Positions 1-8,287 of a DNA stretch of 64,000 bases are shown in pieces. Position 1 is the first letter of the stretch. Each line of letters opens with the position of its first letter. The DNA is from an uncultured bacterium. GTDB taxonomy: Bacteria; Verrucomicrobiota; Kiritimatiellia; RFP12; UBA1067. The notes under the pieces were generated by a model. The model was not told the origin of the DNA and ran no database searches. It worked only from the letters and a program-made list of their open reading frames with translations. The position numbers and the translations under genes were made by a program. Location: NCBI GenBank assembly GCA_902788415.1, contig CADAKF010000001.1, positions 9,592 through 73,591 on the forward strand. Direction: 5' to 3'.

Positions 1-751
1 AGTCGCGCGTCACGTAGGCGGAGGGCGCGCCGAAATAGCCGCGGCCCTTCTTGAGTTTGCGCGGCGCCGGCATCAGCGCCGGAATCGGCAGGTCCGCCGC
101 GCCGTCGGAGACAGTCGCCCAGAGATTGGACGCCCAGCCGGCCGCCGCCGGAACCGCCGCAACGCCGTCGCAGGGCGCAACAATCTCGTGCACCTCGATC
201 TGGCGACAGCCGTCCGCGACGACGATCCCCTTCGGCACGGGCGTGGTGAAGCGGACGTTCGAGAGGCGTCCCGTGAGGACGCCGTCCGCGATCTCGATGG
301 CGCCCGCCTTCGCGTCGCAGACCTCGAAGTTACTGAAGATGAATCCGTTCACGTTCTTCGCGAGGATCGCCTTCGCGCCGACGAGCGCACCCTTCCTGGA
401 CCCGAGGCCGAGAAGCTCGATGTTCTTGTCGGGCTTGCCGCCCTTCGCGGACGCATTGCTGACAAGCGGACCCTCGAAGCCGGGTGCCGCCACGAGCCGG
501 GCCTCCTTGATGAGCAGCGAGAAGTCGCTCGGAATCTCGATCGTGCGGTCGAGAATCCAGACATTTTCGCCGCGGACCCTATTCTCGGCGGGAATGGTCA
601 TCCGGAAAGCCTTGGTTCGCACGCCTTCGGCGATTGCCTTCGCGATGCGCTCCGAATCGCTTCCGGTAAAGTCGTTCGGCGTGATTACCTTTTCCCCGCC
701 GACGGCGGACAGCGCCGCCGCAAGCGACAGCAGGAGGATTTTATTTTTCAT
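1..751 (-). CDS. Secreted right-handed beta-helix (pectate-lyase-fold) protein, C-terminus beyond window start
   Basis: Own translation of the minus strand from ATG at 749-751 (AAGGAAGG RBS upstream): MKNKILLLSLAAALSAVGGEKV... signal peptide, then repeats like NGFIFSNFEVCDAKAGAIEIADG; no stop before position 1. Absent from the ORF track because it runs off the window edge. Confidence 0.6.
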   Translation of the reverse strand, partial: MKNKILLLSLAAALSAVGGEKVITPNDFTGSDSERIAKAIAEGVRTKAFRMTIPAENRVRGENVWILDRTIEIPSDFSLLIKEARLVAAPGFEGPLVSNASAKGGKPDKNIELLGLGSRKGALVGAKAILAKNVNGFIFSNFEVCDAKAGAIEIADGVLTGRLSNVRFTTPVPKGIVVADGCRQIEVHEIVAPCDGVAAVPAAAGWASNLWATVSDGAADLPIPALMPAPRKLKKGRGYFGAPSAYVTRD

Positions 752-773
752 GTTTCGCCTTCCTTTCGGTTTG

Positions 774-1611
774 TCAAATCGCACGTCCGACCGCGCGGGC
801 GCCCTCGAGCGTGTTCCAGAGAAGCATGGTGATCGTCATCGGACCGACGCCGCCTGGGACGGGCGTGATCGCCGAGGCAACCTGCGCGCACGACTCGAAG
901 TCAGCATCGCCCACGAGCCGGTATCCTCTCGGCTTCGTCGCGTCCGGAACGCGGTTGACGCCCACGTCGATGACGACCGCTCCCTCCTTCAGCATGTCGC
1001 CCGTCACCGTATTCGGACGCCCCGCCGCGACAACGACGACATCCGCCTCCTTCGTGAACTTCGAGATGTCCGGCGTGCCCGTATGGCACAGCGTCACCGT
1101 CGCGTTCGTCTCCTTGCGCGGCGTGCTTGCCGCGGACGTCCATTCCGGAGAACTCGATGAGCTTGATGATCCCGTGCGGCGTGCACGGCAGGAAGCACGG
1201 CTCGCCGATCAGCATTTTCCCGACGTTGATCGGCGTGAAGCCGTCCACGTCCTTCTCCGGCGCAATAGCCCGAATCACCTTCTTCTCGTCAAACCCCTTT
1301 GGAAGCGGCAGTTGCACGAGGATGCCGTGGATGGCGGGATCGGCGTTCAGCGCCGCGATCTTGTCGAGCAATTCGCTCTCGGCGATCGTCGCCGGCATGC
1401 GGATCTCGCGCGAGTACATGCCCGCCTCGGCACAGGCCTTCTCCTTGGCCGTCACATAGCTGACGCTCGCGGGATTATCCCCGACGAGGATAACTGCCAG
1501 CCCCGGCGTCACGCCCTTTTCCGCCTTCAGCGCCGCAACGCCCGCGGCAATTTCGCCGCGCAGGTTCGCCGCGAGCTGCTTTCCGTCGATCAGTTTCGCA
1601 CGCCTCTCCAT
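774..1611 (-). pseudogene. folD: Methylenetetrahydrofolate dehydrogenase/cyclohydrolase FolD, disrupted by an approx 50-bp internal deletion/frameshift
   Basis: N-terminal 164 aa (MERRAKLIDGKQLA...[10 protein letters not shown]) lie in the 901..1692 frame. The C-terminal part ([17 protein letters not shown]...[11 protein letters not shown]) is in a different frame (774..1097 ORF). The GRSNIVGKPMA NAD(P)-binding segment between them is missing around nt 1119-1135. Confidence 0.55.
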
Positions 1612-1613
1612 GC

Positions 1614-3029
1614 TCAGTCCCTTCCCTTTTCGCTTGTTATCTCGTTTTCGCTCCACTCGATGTAGCGCACCTTCTTGTTCTCGACCACGCACCGCGCCTC
1701 GACGACATACTTCATGCCCATCGATTCGCCGATGATCGTCATTGAGAACTTCTCGGCGCCTTCGGACGCCCCGCCCTTCTTGTCCTTCCCGGTCGTGCCG
1801 GACGACGAGCTCGCGGCAGACTCCCCCGGCCAGCGGATGTATTCCTTGAGCTCCTCCGGGACCTTTTCGGCGAAACCGACGTCATCGACGCGCTTTTCCA
1901 GGTCGCTCATGTCCTTGAACGGCCACCAAGTGCGCGTCTCGTCGACATCATCCTCGTCCTCGGGCAAGGTCTTGAGCGCCGTCAGGATCGCCTGAACGAG
2001 ATCGGCACAGTCCTGACTGTCTGATGCGTCGTCCGGATCGTACATGGGACTCAGGATTGTCATCAGGTCCTTCTCGCGCGTCTCGTCATTCAATTCGAGC
2101 TTCAGCCCGCCCGAGACTTTGAAGTTATCCATGATGCCTGTAAGATGGGGATTGCTCTCGTCATCCTTGTCGCCCTTGCCCCGCTTGCTGCTTCCGTCAT
2201 CCCCCTCCGTATTGTCGTAAAGGCGCCCGCCCGTCAGCACGGACGGAAAGTCGCGGAAGCCCCGGACGTAGGACAGCTCCTCCAGCTGCTTGATCGGCCC
2301 GTTCGCCGGGACTCGCCGATCCTTGACCGGAATCTCGTCCTCCTCGTCGCGTTCCTCATACCAGGACTTCTCGGCGCCATCGTCATCCTGCGGGTTGTAG
2401 TCATAGTCCGATCCGGACTCAAAGGGCCCCCGCGAAACGGTGTCGTCTTCGTCACGCCAGTCTTTCCACGACGCCACCAGAAGGTTGATGAGGTTGTGGC
2501 GCTTGCGTCCGGACCTGTCGGCATCCGCCACCTCGACCTCCAGCTCGTCGTCGATTCCGCTGTTGCGCAGAATCGTCTTGAAGATTTCGAATCCCTTCTC
2601 GTCCGTCAGGCTGTTGATGTCAATTTTCGACTTCGCGCTCTCATACTTCAGTTTGACGGTAATGGCCGCGGGGGCGGTGTCGTCCTCCTCGCCTTCCGAC
2701 TCGTCCAGCTGGATCGGGCCGATCGTGCACTTGTGATCGTTCTTGAGGGCATACTTCTCGACCACCCAGCGATCGTCCTCGAAAGCGTCGTCCCATTCCG
2801 GAACCCCGCCCTTAATCTCCGGATCCGGCGCATCCATGTAACCCAGCAGAACGACTTCTCCAAGGACGCGTCCCGAGTCGATGAGACGGCTGACGCGGTT
2901 ACGCTCGCGCACGTAAATGTCGATGCCAGCCTGCTGCCGCGCCTCAAAGGCGAACGAGATGACCATGACGGACAGGATCGCGATGATCCAAAGCGCCATG
3001 ATGAGCACACTGCCGCGCCGCGCCGTCAT
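1614..3029 (-). CDS. gspK: Type II secretion minor pseudopilin GspK-like
   Basis: N-terminus RRGSVLIMALWIIAILSVMVISFA is typical of GspK; acidic low-complexity middle; last gene of the pseudopilin operon. Confidence 0.65.
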   Translation of the reverse strand: MTARRGSVLIMALWIIAILSVMVISFAFEARQQAGIDIYVRERNRVSRLIDSGRVLGEVVLLGYMDAPDPEIKGGVPEWDDAFEDDRWVVEKYALKNDHKCTIGPIQLDESEGEEDDTAPAAITVKLKYESAKSKIDINSLTDEKGFEIFKTILRNSGIDDELEVEVADADRSGRKRHNLINLLVASWKDWRDEDDTVSRGPFESGSDYDYNPQDDDGAEKSWYEERDEEDEIPVKDRRVPANGPIKQLEELSYVRGFRDFPSVLTGGRLYDNTEGDDGSSKRGKGDKDDESNPHLTGIMDNFKVSGGLKLELNDETREKDLMTILSPMYDPDDASDSQDCADLVQAILTALKTLPEDEDDVDETRTWWPFKDMSDLEKRVDDVGFAEKVPEELKEYIRWPGESAASSSSGTTGKDKKGGASEGAEKFSMTIIGESMGMKYVVEARCVVENKKVRYIEWSENEITSEKGRD

Positions 3030-3895
3030 TTCGTCCCTCCGGTCGATCCGCCCTGCGAATGCTCGTAGACAGGGATCTTCACGACGCGCACGATCGTCGT
3101 CTTCTCCTTCTGCGAAAAGAACTCGTCATCGCGTTGCTCCATGAACAGCGTCAGTTCCACGGCATAAGGGAAGCCCTTGTCCTCGAAGGTGTCCTGAACG
3201 GCGTCGGAGTCCTTGTCATAACTTCCCTTCTTGCCGCTCTTATCGTTCGTCTTCGACGGCGGCTCCTTGATCGTCCGGCAACGGAATCCGACCACCCCAT
3301 CCGCGACGAGGGTGGGCTGCGGATAGAGATCGTGCGCATCGTCCTTTTCGGTCGTGTCGGAGGCAATCGAGGGATCGACGAACGCGCGGGCGTAGAGCCC
3401 GGTCTTCTTCACTGGCTCCCGGAACCTGAACCGCTCGAACTTGTCGTCGTCGCCGTCCTCCGTGTCGCCCTCCTCGAGGATCATCACGCGCACGCGATGC
3501 GGCGCATCCGCAATCGCGTTCTCGCTACCGATGAGAGCGCTGCCCTTCTTCGTCCACTCGACGATGTCCGAGTCGCTCGGACGCTCCCCTTCGCGGTCAT
3601 AGGGATCGTAAAACCCGTACTGGTTTCGGTCCTTGCCGTCGCCCGTGCCGCCGCCCTTCGTCGTCTCGGACGATTTGCTCGAAGCGCTTTCGCCCCCCTC
3701 CGGCCAATAGGCGCTCCTGAGGGCGATAATGAGCTGATTGAGCGCATAATCCGTCCGTTGCATCTTGTCGAGGTAGTCCGTCGAGGCTTGCCAGCCGTGC
3801 GCGACGGCCTGGAACGTGAGGACGCTGAGCGTCGTGAGAAGCCCGACGAGCATCGTCGCGAGCAGCATCTCGATCATCGTGAACGCCCTTCTCAC
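3026..3895 (-). CDS. gspJ: Type II secretion pseudopilin GspJ-like
   Basis: Prepilin-like N-terminus (V->M)RRAFTMIEMLLATMLVGLL. The GTG start at 3895 overlaps the gspI stop (GTGA coupling); the longer N-terminal extension in the track is rejected. Confidence 0.6.
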   Translation of the reverse strand: MRRAFTMIEMLLATMLVGLLTTLSVLTFQAVAHGWQASTDYLDKMQRTDYALNQLIIALRSAYWPEGGESASSKSSETTKGGGTGDGKDRNQYGFYDPYDREGERPSDSDIVEWTKKGSALIGSENAIADAPHRVRVMILEEGDTEDGDDDKFERFRFREPVKKTGLYARAFVDPSIASDTTEKDDAHDLYPQPTLVADGVVGFRCRTIKEPPSKTNDKSGKKGSYDKDSDAVQDTFEDKGFPYAVELTLFMEQRDDEFFSQKEKTTIVRVVKIPVYEHSQGGSTGGTK

Positions 3896-4347
3896 GATTC
3901 CGGCTCCTTCCAGAGCACGATGTAGCTCTCCTGCTGCTTCTTGCCGCTGCCGCGTCCGCGTTCGCCCCAGGTGACCGTAATCTTCACGCGAAGAAGGCCG
4001 TTGAAGTGCTTCTTGTCCTCGTCGCTCATGTTCTTGTCGATGAGCTCGCGCTCCCACGTAAACCCGTGGAACTTCTCCTCCTGGCGGTCCGTCATCCGCT
4101 CGTCCGTGAGCATGCTCCAGAGCTCGGACACCTTGACCTCGCCCGTGTCGATGTCGCCCTCGTCCGTCACCGCGTCGAGCGGGTAGGCCATCTCGCCGAG
4201 GTCCATCACCTCTTGCGACGTCTCGAGATCCGGCACGGTCTTCATGAGCTTCTGCGACTGGGACATCGAGACGAGAATGCCAGCAAGCCCCGCGCCGAGA
4301 ATAATCGCCGCGAGCAGAACCTCAAGTAATGTAAATCCTCGTCGCAC
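3892..4347 (-). CDS. gspI: Type II secretion pseudopilin GspI-like
   Basis: MRRGFTLLEVLLAAIILGAG prepilin leader with conserved Glu at +5; 151 aa. Confidence 0.65.
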   Translation of the reverse strand: MRRGFTLLEVLLAAIILGAGLAGILVSMSQSQKLMKTVPDLETSQEVMDLGEMAYPLDAVTDEGDIDTGEVKVSELWSMLTDERMTDRQEEKFHGFTWERELIDKNMSDEDKKHFNGLLRVKITVTWGERGRGSGKKQQESYIVLWKEPES

Positions 4348-4348
4348 C

Positions 4349-4404
4349 TTAGACCTTAGACTTTAGACCTTAAACTTGAAACCTGAAACTTGAAACCTGA
4401 AACT
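4349..4404. repeat. Degenerate heptamer tandem array (AGACCTT/AAACTTG type) in the gspH-gspI spacer
   Basis: ttagaccttagactttagaccttaaacttgaaacctgaaacttgaaacctgaaacta; supplies the AAGG SD of gspI. Confidence 0.7.
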
Positions 4405-5218
4405 AATCTTCTTCCCTCCCGTCTCCGTCAACGACCTTGATCCCGCCGAACTGGTCGATATTCAGCATCAGGCCGTCCTCGGGCTTCTTCCCGTCTGGAT
4501 AAATCCAGATTTTGTGCGGCTCGACAGCGCCATTCGTCTCCCAGACGACGGACACCTCCCCGTCCATGTCGTTCACACTGCCTGATTCAGCCGCGGACCC
4601 AACGCCCTCTTCGGCTTCGGACTTCGCCTTCGACTCGGCTTTCGCCTCCTTGTAGCGACTCTGGAGATAGTCGACGTTCGAGAAGACCGAGATGCGCGAA
4701 CGCGTCTGCACGTCGGTCTCGTCCGTCAGCGCCTCGTCGCCCTTCTTGACGCGGATGCGCATGCCCTTGATGACGCTCGAATCCATCGGCGAGAAGAGGA
4801 TCTCCTCAATCGTCTCGCCGCCGCCGGACGAACCGCTGGATTCGCCCTCGGAGTTGACGGCCTTTGCCTTCGGTGCGAGCTCCTTGTAGTCCATCACGTA
4901 GTAGGGCCGGGGCTCCGGACGATCCGCGTCCGCGTTCATAATCTTAGCCGCGACAACCTCGACCTTAACGCATGTCTCATCGTCGATCTTTTCATTCGAG
5001 TAATTGACGACAACCTGCTGACCCGTGACGAGCGCGACCGAGCGGGCGTGGCGGATCGCCGCGTAGACGTCGCGCGTCGCGCCCTTCACCCGCGCAGCAC
5101 CCTGTCCGGACAGGATGCTGCCGACACCAATCGACACCATCGTCGCCAGGATGGCGCAGATGACCAGAAGCTCGATCAGCGTAAAGGCGCGGCGCACCTT
5201 ATTTCTTCTTCGACTCAA
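4403..5218 (-). CDS. gspH: Type II secretion pseudopilin GspH-like
   Basis: RRAFTLIELLVICAILA prepilin N-terminus; overlaps the gspG end. Confidence 0.6.
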   Translation of the reverse strand: MSRRRNKVRRAFTLIELLVICAILATMVSIGVGSILSGQGAARVKGATRDVYAAIRHARSVALVTGQQVVVNYSNEKIDDETCVKVEVVAAKIMNADADRPEPRPYYVMDYKELAPKAKAVNSEGESSGSSGGGETIEEILFSPMDSSVIKGMRIRVKKGDEALTDETDVQTRSRISVFSNVDYLQSRYKEAKAESKAKSEAEEGVGSAAESGSVNDMDGEVSVVWETNGAVEPHKIWIYPDGKKPEDGLMLNIDQFGGIKVVDGDGREED

Positions 5219-5630
5219 TCTTGTCGGAACGGATGTCGTCTTCCGTGCCGAACTCCGTGTCCGGGCCGGCGGAGATGATGACGAAGCGCTTGCCCTTCAC
5301 CTCGATCTTGTAGTCCGTGTCCCACGGGTCGACAAGCGCGCCTTCACCTCCGTCCAGGGCCGGCTCCTCGTCGCCGTCGGCCTTCACGAGAACCGTGAGG
5401 TCGCTCGGGGGCGTCGCCTTCTTCTTGCTGAGCATCCACGTCGTCACCGCGCCCTTGATGTTGTCCACCGCCGTCTTCGCCGCCGTCTTGCGCGTCGATT
5501 CGATGTGACCCGTCACGTTGGTGACGGCGACCGCACCCAAGATGCCGAGAATGGCGACCACCACGAGAAGTTCCACAAGCGTGAAGCCGCGCTTCATCGA
5601 CTCGACAACCACATTTTCTTCTTTTTTCAT
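5199..5630 (-). CDS. gspG: Major pseudopilin GspG
   Basis: MKRGFTLVELLVVVAILGILGAVAV is the classic GspG/PulG N-terminus (true start may be the second Met at about 5597); GGEGALVDPWDTDY C-terminal region. Confidence 0.8.
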   Translation of the reverse strand: MKKEENVVVESMKRGFTLVELLVVVAILGILGAVAVTNVTGHIESTRKTAAKTAVDNIKGAVTTWMLSKKKATPPSDLTVLVKADGDEEPALDGGEGALVDPWDTDYKIEVKGKRFVIISAGPDTEFGTEDDIRSDKIESKKK

Positions 5631-5677
5631 TTCAGCTTCCTTTCAGGTTGAGGACTTTAGACTTGAGACATAAGACT

Positions 5678-7210
5678 TTAGGCCGCCGCCGTCGCCTGCC
5701 ACCAGGCGAAGCCGCCGAGCGCCAGAAGGACAAGCACGAGAAGTGCGAGCCAGACCTTCGCCATCGGATCCGGTGCGCACTTCGTGAACCCGCGCGCCCG
5801 CTTCATCGAGAAGCGCATCGGACGGTTGATCGCCCAGCCGCAGGCGTTGAGGATTACGCCGAGGTCACGCTTGCGGAGCTTGAACCACGCAAGGATCATG
5901 CTCGGCACTGAGACGATCATCACGAGCGCCACAAGCGCCACGCCAATCTTCCACGCCGGCATCGACGAGATGGCCGCCATGAGCGACGCCGCCGCCGCAC
6001 CGACCATGCCGATGCCGATGCCGATCGCCGCCACCGAACTCGCCATCGCCGCGCCGCCGGCCTGCGTCGACTCCGTGCCCTTCTGGACGGATCCCGTCGC
6101 CTTGGACTGCTTGTCGCTGATGAACTTCTTCACCATGCCCGCGATGCCGTCGCCGATCTTCTTCCACGGCGCCCAGAACGCCTCCTCGAGCGAGACCTGG
6201 TTCTCGACCACCTTGGTGATGACCGCCTCCCAGTCCTTGCCGTCACGGTCGTAGAAGACACCGTTGCGGCCGACGTAAAGCGTCCCCACCTTGCCGGCCG
6301 TCACGACCGCGCAGATGAGGCGCTCCGCCTTCTCGGACGGACGCGAGAGCTTCAAGTAGATGACGCAGCAGTTCGACTTCTCCACGAGCGCAGAATGTGC
6401 CGCCTCGCTGGCGACATGGAAACAAAGGTTCATCTCGCGCGCGTCAATGCGGAGAACGCCGTTCTGGAAAATCGCCGTATCACTCTTGTAGAGGCGGTCC
6501 ATCGTGACGTAGTTCTCGAGAAGCTCGCCGAGATGCAGCTTGTAGCGGAGGAAACGCTCCTCCTCCACGAGATCGTCCTTCGAACCGGGGCTCATCACCG
6601 GCTTCGCCGCAACCCACTCCCGATACTGCGCGAACTTCGCCTTCACGGCCTTCCACTCCATGCGGGAAAGGCAGTCCTTGCCCTCGCCGAGAATCGGTTT
6701 GACGCACTTCTCAGCAAAATCGAGGATCGCCTCAAGGTACTTTGGGTTCAGATGCTCTTTGAGGGGCAACACCTTATCCGGCTCCTCTGTGACGAGCGGC
6801 ATATCCTCTGGAGGCGTAAAGAAGTCATCGACCGTCTTCTCAATCGCTGCAAGCGACGCCTCGGCCGCCGCGGTCGCATCTCCGAGGATAGCGACCTCGG
6901 GCGTCTTGCCTTTTTGCTCCCACTCAGTCCTCGCGGCCTTCTCAAGCTCGGACGGCTCCGCCTTGTCGAGTTCGGCCTGGCGTTTCAGAACATCCGCAAG
7001 TTTCTTCGCGTCCTCCTCGGACGGACGGGCGAGGTCGTCGAGCGAAACACCCTTCGACTTCAAGTACTCGAGGGCTGCCTGAACCTCCGGCGAGCGCACG
7101 CGCCCGTCGCCGTCCGTGTCCATAAGCTGCAATGTCCGAAGGTCAAACCTCACACCCGTCGTCGGACACGCAATTGCATACCACTGCTTCAAATCTTTGC
7201 TAATCGTCAT
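5678..7210 (-). CDS. Hypothetical membrane protein with N-terminal EF-hand-like Ca-binding loop; first gene of the pseudopilin operon
   Basis: DTDGDGRVRSPE matches the 12-residue EF-hand loop (DxDxDG...E); about 380-aa soluble N-domain; 3-4 C-terminal TM helices (IGIGIGMVGAAAASLMAAI..., VALVALVMIVSV..., VWLALLVLVLLALGGF). No recognisable Gsp family. Confidence 0.5.
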   Translation of the reverse strand: MTISKDLKQWYAIACPTTGVRFDLRTLQLMDTDGDGRVRSPEVQAALEYLKSKGVSLDDLARPSEEDAKKLADVLKRQAELDKAEPSELEKAARTEWEQKGKTPEVAILGDATAAAEASLAAIEKTVDDFFTPPEDMPLVTEEPDKVLPLKEHLNPKYLEAILDFAEKCVKPILGEGKDCLSRMEWKAVKAKFAQYREWVAAKPVMSPGSKDDLVEEERFLRYKLHLGELLENYVTMDRLYKSDTAIFQNGVLRIDAREMNLCFHVASEAAHSALVEKSNCCVIYLKLSRPSEKAERLICAVVTAGKVGTLYVGRNGVFYDRDGKDWEAVITKVVENQVSLEEAFWAPWKKIGDGIAGMVKKFISDKQSKATGSVQKGTESTQAGGAAMASSVAAIGIGIGMVGAAAASLMAAISSMPAWKIGVALVALVMIVSVPSMILAWFKLRKRDLGVILNACGWAINRPMRFSMKRARGFTKCAPDPMAKVWLALLVLVLLALGGFAWWQATAAA

Positions 7211-7229
7211 GACAGCTCTTCTGCCTTGT

Positions 7230-7250
7230 GCAATTATGGTAATTATAGCA
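7230..7250 (-). promoter_or_regulatory. Candidate sigma70 promoter of the T2SS pseudopilin operon
   Basis: Minus-strand TTGCTATAATTACCATAATTG (TATAAT -10) about 33 nt upstream of the ATG at 7210; AAGG/GAAGAG RBS. Confidence 0.35.
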
Positions 7251-7368
7251 AATTCAGGCGGAAAACGGATAGAGAATCGGCAAAAGAATCATCGATACGG
7301 CAAACGCCACCGCGCTGAGGGCAAGGCCCGGACGGAAGAAGTCACGGAAACGCCGACGAATCAACCGC

Positions 7369-8274
7369 TTAACTCTCCAGCGTCGCCTGAATCGCCGCGA
7401 GGAGCTCGTGCTTCTCGCCCGGCTGAAGCGTCCGGCCGTCCGGCCAATCGGAGACCGGCTCGACGCAGACAAAGCGCTTCCAGTCATCCGGCGTGTGATC
7501 GTCGACCACATAGGCCGTGTCGGGATTCCACACGACGGTCTTTCCGTTGCCGCTCGAGACGAGCGCGATGGCGCGCTTCAATCCCGCGTCCAGAATCGCG
7601 AACTCGTGCTTGGGCGCCTGCGGCATTGCAAAGATGTGGTCGTACTCCTTTGTGACGGCGATGTCACCCGACTGGACACCCTCGGCGGGCTTCGGCCCCG
7701 ACGCGTCGATGTAGGCGCAGCCGTCAAGCCCGCGCACCGTCGCGCCGTTGCGGTCCCGGAGGAGAAAGTACGGATGAAACCCGCAGCTGAAGCCGAAGGG
7801 CTCCGAACCCGTGTTCGTCGTCGTCAGCTTCAGGTTGAGCTTCATCGACACCGAGACCTTGAGCTCAAGGTCGAAGTCATGCGGCCAAAGCTTCTTCGTC
7901 TCCTCGTCCGACTTGAGTCCCAGCGTCAGCTCGGACATCTCCTCGGAGTACTCCGTGCCACGCACCTCGAACACCATCTTGCGCGCGAAACCGTGCTGCG
8001 GCAGGTCCTTTGAGAAGCGGTTGCCAAACTGCGGCCAGCAGACGGGAATGCCGCAATGCACCCCGTCACCGCGGTTGTAGTCGCGCTTCGCGGGACGGAA
8101 CAGCACCTCGGCATGGCCCGTCGGACGATAGGAGAGCACATTCCCGCCCAAGAGCGAAATCTCCGCCGACCCGTACTTGCTCGCGAGCACCGCAACCGGA
8201 TACCCCGCAAATCCGTCGCGGAAAACAATCCGCCCCGGCGCCCCGAACCTCGCATTCAGCTGTTCACACGTCAT
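7369..8274 (-). CDS. yeaD: Aldose 1-epimerase family, glucose-6-phosphate 1-epimerase (YeaD-like)
   Basis: VLFRPAKRDYNRGDGVHCGIPVCWPQFG, GFARKMVFEV, HPYF motifs typical of D-hexose-6-P mutarotase. Confidence 0.75.
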   Translation of the reverse strand: MTCEQLNARFGAPGRIVFRDGFAGYPVAVLASKYGSAEISLLGGNVLSYRPTGHAEVLFRPAKRDYNRGDGVHCGIPVCWPQFGNRFSKDLPQHGFARKMVFEVRGTEYSEEMSELTLGLKSDEETKKLWPHDFDLELKVSVSMKLNLKLTTTNTGSEPFGFSCGFHPYFLLRDRNGATVRGLDGCAYIDASGPKPAEGVQSGDIAVTKEYDHIFAMPQAPKHEFAILDAGLKRAIALVSSGNGKTVVWNPDTAYVVDDHTPDDWKRFVCVEPVSDWPDGRTLQPGEKHELLAAIQATLES

Positions 8275-8287
8275 CGCCCCAACCTCC

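Noticed and set aside
51-1160. 369-aa plus-strand ORF (and the 188..832 ORF) at the window start
   Set aside because: Antisense to two minus-strand genes (the beta-helix protein and folD) that have clear homology and an RBS; the protein is Ala/Arg/Ser-rich, as expected for reverse-frame high-GC DNA
3896-4057. N-terminal extensions of the track ORFs for gspJ (3026..4057), phoA (to 17004), MTTase (to 18305), parA (to 34174), U32 (to 39261), pilT (to 48426) and dapB (to 57332)
   Set aside because: The extensions overlap upstream genes, lack homology and are Arg/Pro-rich; internal starts with an RBS and family-typical N-termini were chosen instead
4349-4404. CRISPR array hypothesis for the short tandem repeat tracts
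   Set aside because: Units are 6-9 nt with no 25-40-nt unique spacers between 25-40-nt direct repeats; no cas genes in the window
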